64,000 nt of DNA from an uncultured Candidatus Rokubacteria bacterium. GTDB lineage: Bacteria; Methylomirabilota; Methylomirabilia; Rokubacteriales; DASRDR01. Made by a program: the position numbers and the translations under genes. The DNA lies in NCBI GenBank assembly GCA_963805625.1, contig CAWDVE010000010.1:1824001-1888000 (forward strand), in the 5' to 3' direction. The notes beneath the pieces were generated by a model that ran no database searches, was not told the DNA's origin, and saw nothing but the letters and a program-made list of their open reading frames with translations. Shown piece after piece: positions 28,414 to 37,663 of this stretch. The stretch's first letter is position 1. Every line of letters begins with the position of its first letter.

Positions 28414-29796
28414 GTGCCCAAGACCCTCTTCGTCACCGGCAAGCTCGCCGAGCCGGCGCTCCGGGCAACGCTCGAGCGCATGGCGCCGGAGTTCCCGTAC
28501 GAGGTGGCGGTGCTCCGCATCACGGTCGCCGCCCTCATGACCACCTCGTGGATCGCCCGGCACCTCACAGAGGTCTCCGGCTGCGAGCGCATCGTCATCC
28601 CGGGCCTGTGCGAGGGCGACGTGCGGGCGATCGAGGACCGCTGGGGCGTCAGGACCGAGAAGGGGCCCGCCGACCTCCGGGACCTGCCCGAGCACTTCGG
28701 ACAGGCGGCGCTCCGCGAGGCGTACGGCGCCCACGACATCCGGATCTTCGCCGAAATCAACAACGTGCCATACCTCTCCCGCGAGGAGGTGGTGCGCCTG
28801 GCGGAGTACTACCGGCGGAGCGGCGCCGACGTGGTCGACCTCGGCTGCTCCCTCGACCGGAAGTTCGACGACGCGGGCGCCGTCGTGGGCCTCCTCAAGA
28901 GCCAGGGCTTCACCCTCAGCATCGACACGCTCGATCCGGGCGAGATCGTCGCCGCCGACCGGGCCGGCGTCGACTACGTGCTGAGCCTCAACGGCCAGAA
29001 CCTGAGCGTGGCCGCCCGACTCCGGGCCACGCCGATCCTCATCCCGGACTCCCCGGCGGAGCTCGACACGCTGGACCGGAGCATCGCGCACCTCGAGACG
29101 CTCGAGCGTCCCTACATCGTCGACCCGGTGATCGAGCCCGTCGGGTTCGGGTTCGCGGCGGCCCTCGACCGGTACGTCCAGGTCCGGGCGCGCCACCCCG
29201 CGGTGGAGATCCTGATGGGAATCGGCAACATCACGGAGCTGACCGACGCTGACACGACCGGGATAAACGCGCTCCTGATCGGATTCTGCCAGGAGCTCGG
29301 CATCCGCCACGTCCTCACCACCGAAGTGATCCCGTGGGCGCGCGGCTCGGTGCGAGAGGTCGACGTGGCGCGCCGTCTCATGTACGCCGCGCGCCAGCGC
29401 GGCGTCCTCCCGAAGCACGTCGACGACCGGCTGCTCACCGTCAAGGACGCGCGCCCCAAGTACTACACCGAGGCGGAGCTCCGCGAGCTGCACCGGGCGA
29501 TCACGGACCCGAACTTCCGCATCGCGACCACCCGCGACGCCATCTGCGTGTTCAACGACCGGCTGTTCGTCAGCAGCACCGACATCCAGGCGCTCTTCGA
29601 GCAGCTCGGCGTCGAGGATCCCGCCCATGCGTTCTACCTCGGCAAGGAGCTGATGAAGGCGCGCCTGGCACTGCTCCTCGGGAAAACCTACGTGCAGGAG
29701 CAGCCGCTCCGCTGGGGCTACCTGACGCCGGAGCGCGAGGACACGCCCCACCGCCGGGTGCGGATCGAGGGGCGCCGAAAGCCGCCGGATACCTAG
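28414..29796 (+). CDS. Dihydropteroate synthase-related protein (Orf20, DUF6513 N-terminal domain)
   Basis: LFVTGKLAEPAL, VAALMT, GPADLRDLP, IFAEI, GADVVDLG, MGIGNITELTDAD, HAFYLGKEL.KA. Confidence 0.9.
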   Translation: MPKTLFVTGKLAEPALRATLERMAPEFPYEVAVLRITVAALMTTSWIARHLTEVSGCERIVIPGLCEGDVRAIEDRWGVRTEKGPADLRDLPEHFGQAALREAYGAHDIRIFAEINNVPYLSREEVVRLAEYYRRSGADVVDLGCSLDRKFDDAGAVVGLLKSQGFTLSIDTLDPGEIVAADRAGVDYVLSLNGQNLSVAARLRATPILIPDSPAELDTLDRSIAHLETLERPYIVDPVIEPVGFGFAAALDRYVQVRARHPAVEILMGIGNITELTDADTTGINALLIGFCQELGIRHVLTTEVIPWARGSVREVDVARRLMYAARQRGVLPKHVDDRLLTVKDARPKYYTEAELRELHRAITDPNFRIATTRDAICVFNDRLFVSSTDIQALFEQLGVEDPAHAFYLGKELMKARLALLLGKTYVQEQPLRWGYLTPEREDTPHRRVRIEGRRKPPDT

Positions 29797-30101
29797 GGGC
29801 GGGCCGACAGGAAGGCGGCGCCGGAACCCCTCGGCGCGCCTCCCGCCGGGACCCAGAAACGCCTCTGGTCGTGCCGGGGCGGATGGACTATCCTCGGGAG
29901 AACGTCGCGACACGGTCCCGTCGAGTGCGGCGGAACTCGCGCGGCGGAGCGACAAGTCGGTTCGGGCAGACGAGCGGAGCGCCGGGCGGCAACGGCGATC
30001 TGCCACGTCGCCCCGACCCCTCACGGAGCGCAGACCCAGAGCTGCGGCAGGGAGGAGACGGCCGCAAAGCGGTCGATTCCTCGGGAAGGAACGGTATCTC
30101 C

Positions 30102-31724
30102 ATGCGAGAGGCAAGGCGGCGTTGGCCCTTCGTGGGTGTCGTTCTGGCCGTCACGGTGATCGTGGCTGTGTTCGTCTTCGGGGCGGTGGAGCGGCTCGGT
30201 GCGCAAGCGCCGAAGACTCTCGTGATCGCCATCGGCGCGGACCAGACCGGGCTCGATCCACAGACGGTTCAGAACAACGAGTCCGGCTTCATCATGGCGA
30301 CCATCTACGACTCCATCGTGAACTACAAGCCTGGCTCGAGCGAAGTCGGCCCCGGACTGGCCGAGTCCTGGACCATCTCGCCCGACGGCAAGGTGTACAC
30401 GTTCAAGATCCGCAGGGGCGTCAAGTTCCACGACGGGACGCCGATGAACGCGCGGACCATCGCCGAGGACGTGGACCGCGCGATCAACCCGAACAACCCC
30501 TGCTACGTCTTGAACCGCAAGGTCGACACCTACGACGACTTCACCTTCGGATCGGTCAAGGCCGGTAACGTGGTGAAGGTCGAGGTCCCGGAAGAGTACA
30601 CCCTCCGCTTCACGCTGCCGGAGCCGAACGCGCCGTTCCTGTCGAGCATCGCCATGGTCTGGCAAGGGATCGTGAGCCCCGCCGCGACCAAGCAGTACAA
30701 CTGCGACGCCGGACAGCACCCGGTCGGAACCGGCCCCTTCAAGTTCGTCGAGGCCGTGCGGAATGACCACGTGACTCTCGAAGCGAATCCCGACTACTGG
30801 GGCGGAAAGCCGAAGGTCGACCGGATCGTCTTCCGGATCATCCCGGAGAGCGCGACGCGAATGCTCGCCCTCGAGCGGAACGAGGTGCAGATCCTGGCCG
30901 ACGTCCCACCGGCGGACTACGAGCGGGTCACGAAGAACTCGGCCCTGAAGATGTACACCCAGCCCGGACTGACGATCCTCGGCATCGCGATGTCCAACGA
31001 GCTCGGACCGTTCAAGGACAAGCGGGTCCGCCAGGCGATGAACTACGCCGTGGACAAGGAGGCGATCAACAAGGGCCTGTACGCGGGCGCCACCACGGCG
31101 AGCCAGGGCATGCCGCCGGTCCTCTGGGGGTACAACAAGAGCGTCCAGCCGTACCCATTCGACGTCAACAAGGCGAAGGCGCTCCTCAAGGACGCGGGGT
31201 ACCCGAACGGGCTCTCGGCGGACATGATGGTCTCCGCGAACCCGCGCGGCTATAACCCGATCGGCGGGGCCAAGCTCGGCGAGGCCGTTCAGAGCTACCT
31301 GGCCAAGGCGGGAGTGACCGTCAAAATCACCCAGTACGAGTGGGGGGCCTACCTCGCGCGACTCCGGCGCGAGCCGTGGGAGGGGTTCGCGATCAGCGGG
31401 TGGTCCGGCGACAACGGCGACCCCGACAACTTCCTCGGCGACATGTTCGAGTGGGACACCGTCAACAACAAGGCCCGCACGAACAACAACGCGCGCCATC
31501 ACAATCCCGAGTACGACAAGCTGATCCTGGACGGCCGCCGCACGGCGGATCAGGCCAAGCGCGCGCAGATCTACGAGAAAGCCAACGCGGTCCTCCACGA
31601 CGATGCCCCCTGGATTTTCATGAACCATACCAACCATGTGCGCGCGACGCGGGCCAACGTGAAGGGGTTCCAGCTGAACCCGCTCCAGATGTTCTTCCAC
31701 ATGGAGCTCGTGTCGCTCGAGTAA
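30102..31724 (+). CDS. ABC transporter substrate-binding protein (Dpp/Opp, family 5)
   Basis: PGLAESWTISPDGKVYTFKIRRGVKFHDG, PVGTGPFKF, DKRVRQAMNYAVD, GWSGDNGDPDNF. Confidence 0.92.
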   Translation: MREARRRWPFVGVVLAVTVIVAVFVFGAVERLGAQAPKTLVIAIGADQTGLDPQTVQNNESGFIMATIYDSIVNYKPGSSEVGPGLAESWTISPDGKVYTFKIRRGVKFHDGTPMNARTIAEDVDRAINPNNPCYVLNRKVDTYDDFTFGSVKAGNVVKVEVPEEYTLRFTLPEPNAPFLSSIAMVWQGIVSPAATKQYNCDAGQHPVGTGPFKFVEAVRNDHVTLEANPDYWGGKPKVDRIVFRIIPESATRMLALERNEVQILADVPPADYERVTKNSALKMYTQPGLTILGIAMSNELGPFKDKRVRQAMNYAVDKEAINKGLYAGATTASQGMPPVLWGYNKSVQPYPFDVNKAKALLKDAGYPNGLSADMMVSANPRGYNPIGGAKLGEAVQSYLAKAGVTVKITQYEWGAYLARLRREPWEGFAISGWSGDNGDPDNFLGDMFEWDTVNNKARTNNNARHHNPEYDKLILDGRRTADQAKRAQIYEKANAVLHDDAPWIFMNHTNHVRATRANVKGFQLNPLQMFFHMELVSLE

Positions 31725-31821
31725 CCTCGCGGCTTCGGTCGCGCGGACGGGGGCTCGCCGTCGCCAGGTGGCGGGCCCCCGATGTTTCATGGATTCCGCG
31801 CACTGAGACCGCCCTCCGCTC

Positions 31822-32826
31822 ATGTGGAAGTACGTTAGCCGGCGGCTGATCCAGCTCCTCCCCGTCCTCTTCGGGGTCAGCGTGCTCGTCTTCTTCGGCA
31901 TGCATCTGATCCCGGGAGACGTCGTCCTGCTGCTGCTCGGGGAGAAGGCCAGCGCCGCCGAGCTCGAGCGCCTCCGTCACCAGCTCGGGCTCGACCAGCC
32001 CGTCTACATCCAGTACCTGCGCTTCGTGGCCGATGCCCTCCGTGGCGACTTCGGCGTGTCCATCCGGACGCGCCAGCCGGTGATCTGGGAGATCCAGCAG
32101 GCGCTCCCGGTGACCATCGAGCTGTCCCTGGCTGCGCTCGTCTTAGCCGTCGTCCTCGGGATCACGATCGGCGTCATCAGCGCGAGGCGGCCCCACTCGG
32201 CCCTCGATACCGGAGCCATGGTTTTCGTGCTCGTCGGCGTGTCCATGCCGGTGTTCTGGACCGGTATTCTGCTGCTCCTCGTGTTCGGCGGGATCCTCGG
32301 GTGGCTCCCGCTCGGCGGCATCCTGGACACATCCCTGACGATCCGCCGGATGACCGGTATGCCGATCCTCGATGCCATGCTGCAGGGCAACTGGCCCGCT
32401 GCCCGGAGCGCGACGGCACACCTGGTCCTCCCCGCGGTGACCCTCGGCAGCGCGCTCATGGCAACGATCGCCCGCATGGCCCGCTCGACGATGCTCGACG
32501 TGCTGAACCTCGACTACGTGCGGACCGCGCGGGCGAAGGGGGTGGCGGAGGGCGGGGTGGTCGGACGGCACGCCCTCTGGAACGCCCTCCTGCCGGTCGT
32601 GACGCTCGTCGGGCTGCACCTCGGGCTCCTCCTGTCCGGGGCGGTCCTCACGGAGACGATCTTTGCGCTCCCCGGCCTCGGCCGCCTGACGATCACGAGC
32701 GTCCTCGCGCGCGATTACCCGGTCGTCCAGGGCGTCGTCGTCATCGGAGCCGTGCTCTTCGTCGTCGCGAACCTCGCCGTCGATGTGCTCTACGCGTGGC
32801 TCGATCCGCGGATTCGATACAGCTGA
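31822..32826 (+). CDS. ABC permease, DppB family
   Basis: LGLDQP..QY, GDFGVS, DYVRTARAKG, ETIFALPGLG, DPRIRY. Confidence 0.93.
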   Translation: MWKYVSRRLIQLLPVLFGVSVLVFFGMHLIPGDVVLLLLGEKASAAELERLRHQLGLDQPVYIQYLRFVADALRGDFGVSIRTRQPVIWEIQQALPVTIELSLAALVLAVVLGITIGVISARRPHSALDTGAMVFVLVGVSMPVFWTGILLLLVFGGILGWLPLGGILDTSLTIRRMTGMPILDAMLQGNWPAARSATAHLVLPAVTLGSALMATIARMARSTMLDVLNLDYVRTARAKGVAEGGVVGRHALWNALLPVVTLVGLHLGLLLSGAVLTETIFALPGLGRLTITSVLARDYPVVQGVVVIGAVLFVVANLAVDVLYAWLDPRIRYS

Positions 32827-33701
32827 GCGCAGGGGCGACCACAGCCGCGCGGGAGCGCCGGGCAGTCGCGCTGTCGTGGCGCCGGCTTCGGCGGAGCTCG
32901 AACCTCGTCGTCGGCGCGGTCATCGTCGTGGCCGTCGTGGCGTCGGCCGCCCTCGCACCTTGGCTCGCGCCCTACGACCCCATCGACCAGGAGTTCACCA
33001 ACCAGCTGCGACCGCCAGCGGCGGCGCACCTGTTCGGCACCGACGAGTTCGGCCGTGATATCTTCTCGCGGGTCCTCTTCGGCGCGCGCATCGCCCTCCA
33101 GGTCGGCATCCTCGCCGACCTGATCGCGACCGTGCTGGGGGTGCTTCTCGGGGTCGTCGCCGGCTACGTCGGCGGCCGACTGGACGCCCTCGTGACCCGC
33201 GTCCTCGATGTGATGCTGGCGTTCCCGTACCTGCTCCTGGCCATGATCGTGGTCGCGATCCTGGGGCCGGGCCTGACCAATGCCATGATCGCGATCGCGG
33301 TCGTCTACACGCCGCAGTTCGCGCGCGTCGTGCGAGGGGTCGTACTGTCGGTCAAAGAGCAAGACCACGTGGAGGCGGCCCGGGCGATTGGCGCGGGCCC
33401 GATTCGGATTCTCGCCCGCTGCATCCTGCCGAACATCGTGTCGCCGATCATCGTCATGTCCACGCTCACGATCGGCTTCATGATCGTGGAGACAGCGGGC
33501 CTCTCGTTCCTCGGTCTCGGCGCCAGCCCCCCCACGCCCGAGTGGGGCTCCATGCTGGCTACCGGGCGCTCGTTCATGCTGACCGCGGCGTGGATCACCA
33601 CCTTCCCGGGGCTCGCCATCTTGATCACGGTGGTCGCGTTCAATCTGGTGGGAGACGGCTTGCGGGACCTGCTCGACCCGCGGCTCCGCGGCCGCCTCTG
33701 A
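32823..33701 (+). CDS. ABC permease, DppC family
   Basis: HLFGTDEFGRDIFSR, EAARAIGA, LSFLGLG..PPTPEWG, GDGLRDLLDPR; start uncertain (in-frame CTG overlaps the dppB stop). Confidence 0.9.
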   Translation: MSAGATTAARERRAVALSWRRLRRSSNLVVGAVIVVAVVASAALAPWLAPYDPIDQEFTNQLRPPAAAHLFGTDEFGRDIFSRVLFGARIALQVGILADLIATVLGVLLGVVAGYVGGRLDALVTRVLDVMLAFPYLLLAMIVVAILGPGLTNAMIAIAVVYTPQFARVVRGVVLSVKEQDHVEAARAIGAGPIRILARCILPNIVSPIIVMSTLTIGFMIVETAGLSFLGLGASPPTPEWGSMLATGRSFMLTAAWITTFPGLAILITVVAFNLVGDGLRDLLDPRLRGRL

Positions 33702-33931
33702 CGTCGCGCGCTCCCCGATGCGGGAGCACGGGCTGTTCGGTCCGGATCGAGGGCCGTCAACGCACGCGCGGTTCTGAACCACACCGGCGGCGAGGGCCGC
33801 TTCGCGTGCCGCCGTGGAAGACGCAGCGACACCGTCGATTCTCACAGGCGCGCAGCCACAGAGGTCCGCCGAGGCGGCGCGGGAATGCCCGCCCCGAGCG
33901 GGGCGTCCAACCTGGCAGGAGGGGGGACGTC

Positions 33932-34192
33932 ATGGAACGGACGGGCAGGCAGATCGCACGAAGCTCGACGCACGGGCCCAGCACGGCGCGGCACCTCCGG
34001 GCCGGCCTCCTTCTCTTGAGCGGAGCCTTTCTACTTGGCGGGTGCTACGTGGTACCCGCCACCTACCCGGTCGCCGGACCGGCCTATGTCGCGCCCGGGC
34101 CGGTGTACGTAGCGCCCGCTCCGGTCTACGTGGTGCCGGCTCCGGTGTACGGCTGGGGTGGATACGGCTGGCGGCGGCACGGACGCTGGTGA
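33932..34192 (+). CDS. Small Pro/Val/Tyr-repeat lipoprotein
   Basis: AGGAGG RBS; LGGC lipobox; repeated PVYVAP-like units and a GWGGYGWRRHGRW tail. Confidence 0.7.
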   Translation: MERTGRQIARSSTHGPSTARHLRAGLLLLSGAFLLGGCYVVPATYPVAGPAYVAPGPVYVAPAPVYVVPAPVYGWGGYGWRRHGRW

Positions 34193-34498
34193 AGAACCGC
34201 TCATGACGGCCATCGGCGCCGATAGGTTCGCCCCAGCCTGATCGCGACCGGGCACGACCCAGTCCGGCGGCGATACTGCCGCGAGCTCGAGCGCTCGGCC
34301 GCGTCGAAAATGGCCCTGCACCCCGTCTCCGTCCGCCAGCTCGCTGAGCCAACTCGCCGAAAAGTGGCGCCCCGGGGCTCCGCGCGGAGATTGTGGGGTA
34401 GGATTGGGAGGCGTGCCAAGGCGAGCGGCGCCCGGACGCCCGCGTTGCCGCTCTTGCCCGCCCCCGGCACGACGCGGGCGACCCACCAGGAGGTGCGC

Positions 34499-35353
34499 GT
34501 GAAGAACCTGCTCCTGCAGCTCGATCCAGACGTGCATCCGAGCGCGTTCGACCGAATCGTCGCCTACGACGCGGGCGCGGACGAGGTGCTGAGCTACGGC
34601 AGCGTGACGGCGACCGACGTCGCCCCCCTGGTGCACGGCGCGATCTTCACGCGCGGGCCCGCCGACCTCCGACACACCGCGGTGTGGGTCGGAGGCACCG
34701 ACGTCGGCTCGGCCGAGACGCTGTTCGCGGCGGTCCAGAAGGCCTTCTTCGGTCCGTTCCGCGTGAGCGCGATGATGGACGCCAACGGCTGCAACACGAC
34801 CGCCGCTGCCGCGGTGGCGCGTTTGGCCGGGGTGATCACGCTCTCCGGGGCCCGGGCGGTGGTCCTGGGCGGCACCGGGCCGGTCGGGGTCCGGGCGGCG
34901 GCGCTGCTCGCGCGCGAGGGCGCGGACGTCGTGCTGTGCTCGCGGTCCCTCGAGCGGGCGCGGGCCACGGGCGAGCGCCTGAAGACGACCTTCGGCATCG
35001 ATGTCACGCCGTGCCAGGCATGGGACGAGGCCGGCGTCACGCGCGCGCTCGAGGGCGCCGACATCTGCCTGACAGCCGGCGCTGCCGGTGTCACGTTCGT
35101 GCCACGCACGGTGTGGGCCGAGCACCCCCGTTTGAAGGCGCTGGCCGACGTCAACGCGGTGCCGCCGCTCGGCATCGAGGGCATCGAGGCGGCCGACAAG
35201 GGCACCGAGCGCGAGGGGAAGCGCGTGTTCGGGGCGCTCGGGATCGGCGGGCTGAAGATGAAGATCCATCGCGCCTGCGTCGCGCAGCTCTTCGAGCGAA
35301 ACGACGCCGTCATCGATCTCGAGACTATCTACGGTGCGGCGCGCGCCAGCTGA
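34499..35353 (+). CDS. NAD(P)-dependent methylene-H4MPT dehydrogenase (MtdA/MtdC-type)
   Basis: LLQLDPD.HPSAFD, GAIFTRG, FFGPFRVS.M.DANGCNTTAAAAV, GGTGPVG, DVNAVPPLGIEG, GALGIGGLKMKIH; GTG after AGGAGG. Confidence 0.93.
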   Translation: MKNLLLQLDPDVHPSAFDRIVAYDAGADEVLSYGSVTATDVAPLVHGAIFTRGPADLRHTAVWVGGTDVGSAETLFAAVQKAFFGPFRVSAMMDANGCNTTAAAAVARLAGVITLSGARAVVLGGTGPVGVRAAALLAREGADVVLCSRSLERARATGERLKTTFGIDVTPCQAWDEAGVTRALEGADICLTAGAAGVTFVPRTVWAEHPRLKALADVNAVPPLGIEGIEAADKGTEREGKRVFGALGIGGLKMKIHRACVAQLFERNDAVIDLETIYGAARAS

Positions 35354-35395
35354 GACTCCAGGCATGCGATCGGACCCGTCGCCGCCCCCAGCCTG

Positions 35396-36499
35396 ATGCC
35401 TCGTGTGGTCGGTGTCGACCCCGGAACGCAGAGCTTCGATCTCTGCGGACTCACCGACGGCGAGGTGTTCCTCGAGGCGTCGATCGGCGCCGACGACGCG
35501 CGCCGGGCCCCGGCGACGCTGGTGGATCGGCTGGAGGCGGCGCTCCCGCTCGACCTGATCGCCGCGCCCTCCGGCTACGGCCTCCCGCTAGTCCCCGTCG
35601 CTGCGCTCGACCAGACGCACCTCGACCTGGCGGTCCTGGTCCGACACGAGGACCGGGACCAGCCGGAGCGCGTCGGCGGACTCCGGGAGATGGTGGAGCT
35701 GATCAGGGCCCGCCATCTCCCGGCCATCCTCCTGCCGGGCGTCGTCCACCTCGACACGGTCCCGGCTCACCGGAAGGTGAACCGCGTGGACATGGGCACC
35801 GCCGACAAGCTGTGCGTCGCCGCCCTCGGCATCTGGGACCAGGGCCGTCGCCTCGGCCTTCCCCCGGAGGAGACCGCGTTCGTGCTCCTCGAGCTGGGCG
35901 GCTTCTTCACGGCCGCGCTCGCCGTCGAGTACGGGCGAATCGTGGACGGGATCGGCGGCAGCGCTGGCGGCCTGGGCTACCGGGCGCTCGGGACGCTCGA
36001 CGGCGAGGTCGCGTACGCCCTCGGCCGGGTGAGGAAGTCCACCCTGTTCACGGGCGGGGCGGCCTTCGTCGCGGGCGTCCCCGATCTGCCGCCCGAGGAC
36101 CTCGCCCCCCGCGCGGTCCACGACGCGCGGGCGCGGGTGGCCTGGGACGCCCTGATCGAGGCTGCGGCGAAGCTCGTCGCGGGGCTGCGCGTCGCTGCGC
36201 CCGGCGCCCGCGAGGTGCTGCTCTCCGGCCGCGTGGGCCGGGTGCCGGCGGTCGCTGACGCGCTCGGGCGGCACCTGGCGGGGGCGCTGCCCGTGCGATC
36301 CATCGACGGCTTCACCACGCGCGTCAAGGAAGCGGCGCAGGGCGCGGCGCTGATCGCCGACGGCCTTGCCGGCGGGAGGCACCGGCACGTCGTCGAGGCG
36401 ATGTGTCTTCGCGAGAGCCGCGGCTCGGTGCTCGACCACCTCCACGTGGCGGGCGCCGACGAGGTGCGGCGCCACTTCGGGCTCCCGTGCGGATCCTGA
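35396..36499 (+). CDS. DUF1464 family protein (ASKHA/butyrate-kinase-like fold)
   Basis: GVDPGTQSFD, APSGYG, LPGVVHL.TVP.HRKVNRVDMGTADK, DGE.AY, KEAAQGAALIADG. Confidence 0.85.
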   Translation: MPRVVGVDPGTQSFDLCGLTDGEVFLEASIGADDARRAPATLVDRLEAALPLDLIAAPSGYGLPLVPVAALDQTHLDLAVLVRHEDRDQPERVGGLREMVELIRARHLPAILLPGVVHLDTVPAHRKVNRVDMGTADKLCVAALGIWDQGRRLGLPPEETAFVLLELGGFFTAALAVEYGRIVDGIGGSAGGLGYRALGTLDGEVAYALGRVRKSTLFTGGAAFVAGVPDLPPEDLAPRAVHDARARVAWDALIEAAAKLVAGLRVAAPGAREVLLSGRVGRVPAVADALGRHLAGALPVRSIDGFTTRVKEAAQGAALIADGLAGGRHRHVVEAMCLRESRGSVLDHLHVAGADEVRRHFGLPCGS

Positions 36500-37611
36500 T
36501 CGCCGGTCTCACGACCCGCGCCCTCGCCGAGTCAGCCGTGCGCGCCGGGGCGGAGATCGTCACCGTCGACTACTTCGGCGATCTCGATCAGGAGCGCCTC
36601 TGCGAGACGCATCCGCTGCGGAAGCGCGGGCGCGGATACTCGGCCGCCGAGATCCTCGAGGTGGCGCGCGGCCTCTCGTACGACGCCGTCGTGTACTGCG
36701 GGGGCCTGGAGAACCATCCGGACGTGGTCGCCGAGCTCGCCCGCGATCGGGTGCTGCTCGGCAACGCGCCCGACGCACTCCGCCGGGTGCGCGATCCCCA
36801 CGCGCTCTTCCGGTACCTCGCGGGCCGCGGGTTCACGGTGCCCGATACGCGCGGCGCCACCGATCCCCTCCCCGGCGCCGGCCGGTGGCTCCTCAAGCCG
36901 GCCCGGGGGGGCGGCGGGCAGGGCGTGCGCGCCTGGGCGGGTCAGCGGCCGGCGCCGGCCCAGATCCTCCAGGAGCTCGTCGAAGGCGTGAGCGCGTCGG
37001 CCTCGTTCGCGGCCGACGGCCGCCGGAGCCTGGTTCTCGGCTGGACCGAGCAGCTCCGCGCGCCGCGGAGCTACCGGTACGCGGGTAACATCATGCCGCT
37101 CGAGGCCGGGGCGGCGGCGCGCAAGGAGGTGGCGGCGATCGCGGACGCCCTGACCCGCGAGTACGGCCTCCGCGGCCTGAACGGCTTCGACTTCGTGCTC
37201 CGCGGGGACCGTCCGGTCGTCCTCGAGGTGAACCCGCGCTACTGCGCGTCCATGGAGCTGGTCGAGCGTGCCGGCGGGAGGTCCGTGTTCGGCCTCCACC
37301 TCTCGGCCTGCCGGGGCGAGCTCCCGGACCGCATGGACGAGACCGCAGACGTGTGGGGGAAGGCGATCGTCTATGCGACCCGGACCGTGGCGGCTCCCGA
37401 CACGACCGGGTGGCTCGCGCGGGGCGTCCGCGACGTGCCCCACCCCGGCGAGGTCATTCGTGCCGGGCACCCCATCTGCACGGTCATCGCCTCGGGCTCG
37501 ACGCGGTCTGCGTGCAAGGCCGGCCTTCGATCGGAGACGGCGCGGATCCGGGCCGCGTGCGCGCTCATCGATCAGCCGGCGGGGGCCGAGGACACCGAGG
37601 ACGACGAGTAG
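36487..37611 (+). CDS. ATP-grasp protein (OrfY/MyfA-like, COG2232)
   Basis: ILIAGLTTRALAESA.RAG...DYFGDLD, LLKP..GGGG, GLNGFDF, LEVNPR, DVP......GHPICTV. Confidence 0.85.
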   Translation: MRILIAGLTTRALAESAVRAGAEIVTVDYFGDLDQERLCETHPLRKRGRGYSAAEILEVARGLSYDAVVYCGGLENHPDVVAELARDRVLLGNAPDALRRVRDPHALFRYLAGRGFTVPDTRGATDPLPGAGRWLLKPARGGGGQGVRAWAGQRPAPAQILQELVEGVSASASFAADGRRSLVLGWTEQLRAPRSYRYAGNIMPLEAGAAARKEVAAIADALTREYGLRGLNGFDFVLRGDRPVVLEVNPRYCASMELVERAGGRSVFGLHLSACRGELPDRMDETADVWGKAIVYATRTVAAPDTTGWLARGVRDVPHPGEVIRAGHPICTVIASGSTRSACKAGLRSETARIRAACALIDQPAGAEDTEDDE

Positions 37612-37663
37612 AGAGCCCGGTGCTGCGAGCCCCAGCCACCGATGCGGGTGTCCGCCGCGGGGA

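Noticed and set aside
29800-30101. Possible riboswitch upstream of the ABC substrate-binding protein
   Set aside because: GC-rich hairpins are present (e.g. ggccgc-aaa-gcggtc) but no recognisable aptamer consensus.
27613-30114. 833-aa minus-strand ORF and other long Arg/Pro/Gly-rich overlapping ORFs
   Set aside because: Stop-codon scarcity in GC-rich off-frames; they overlap well-supported genes.
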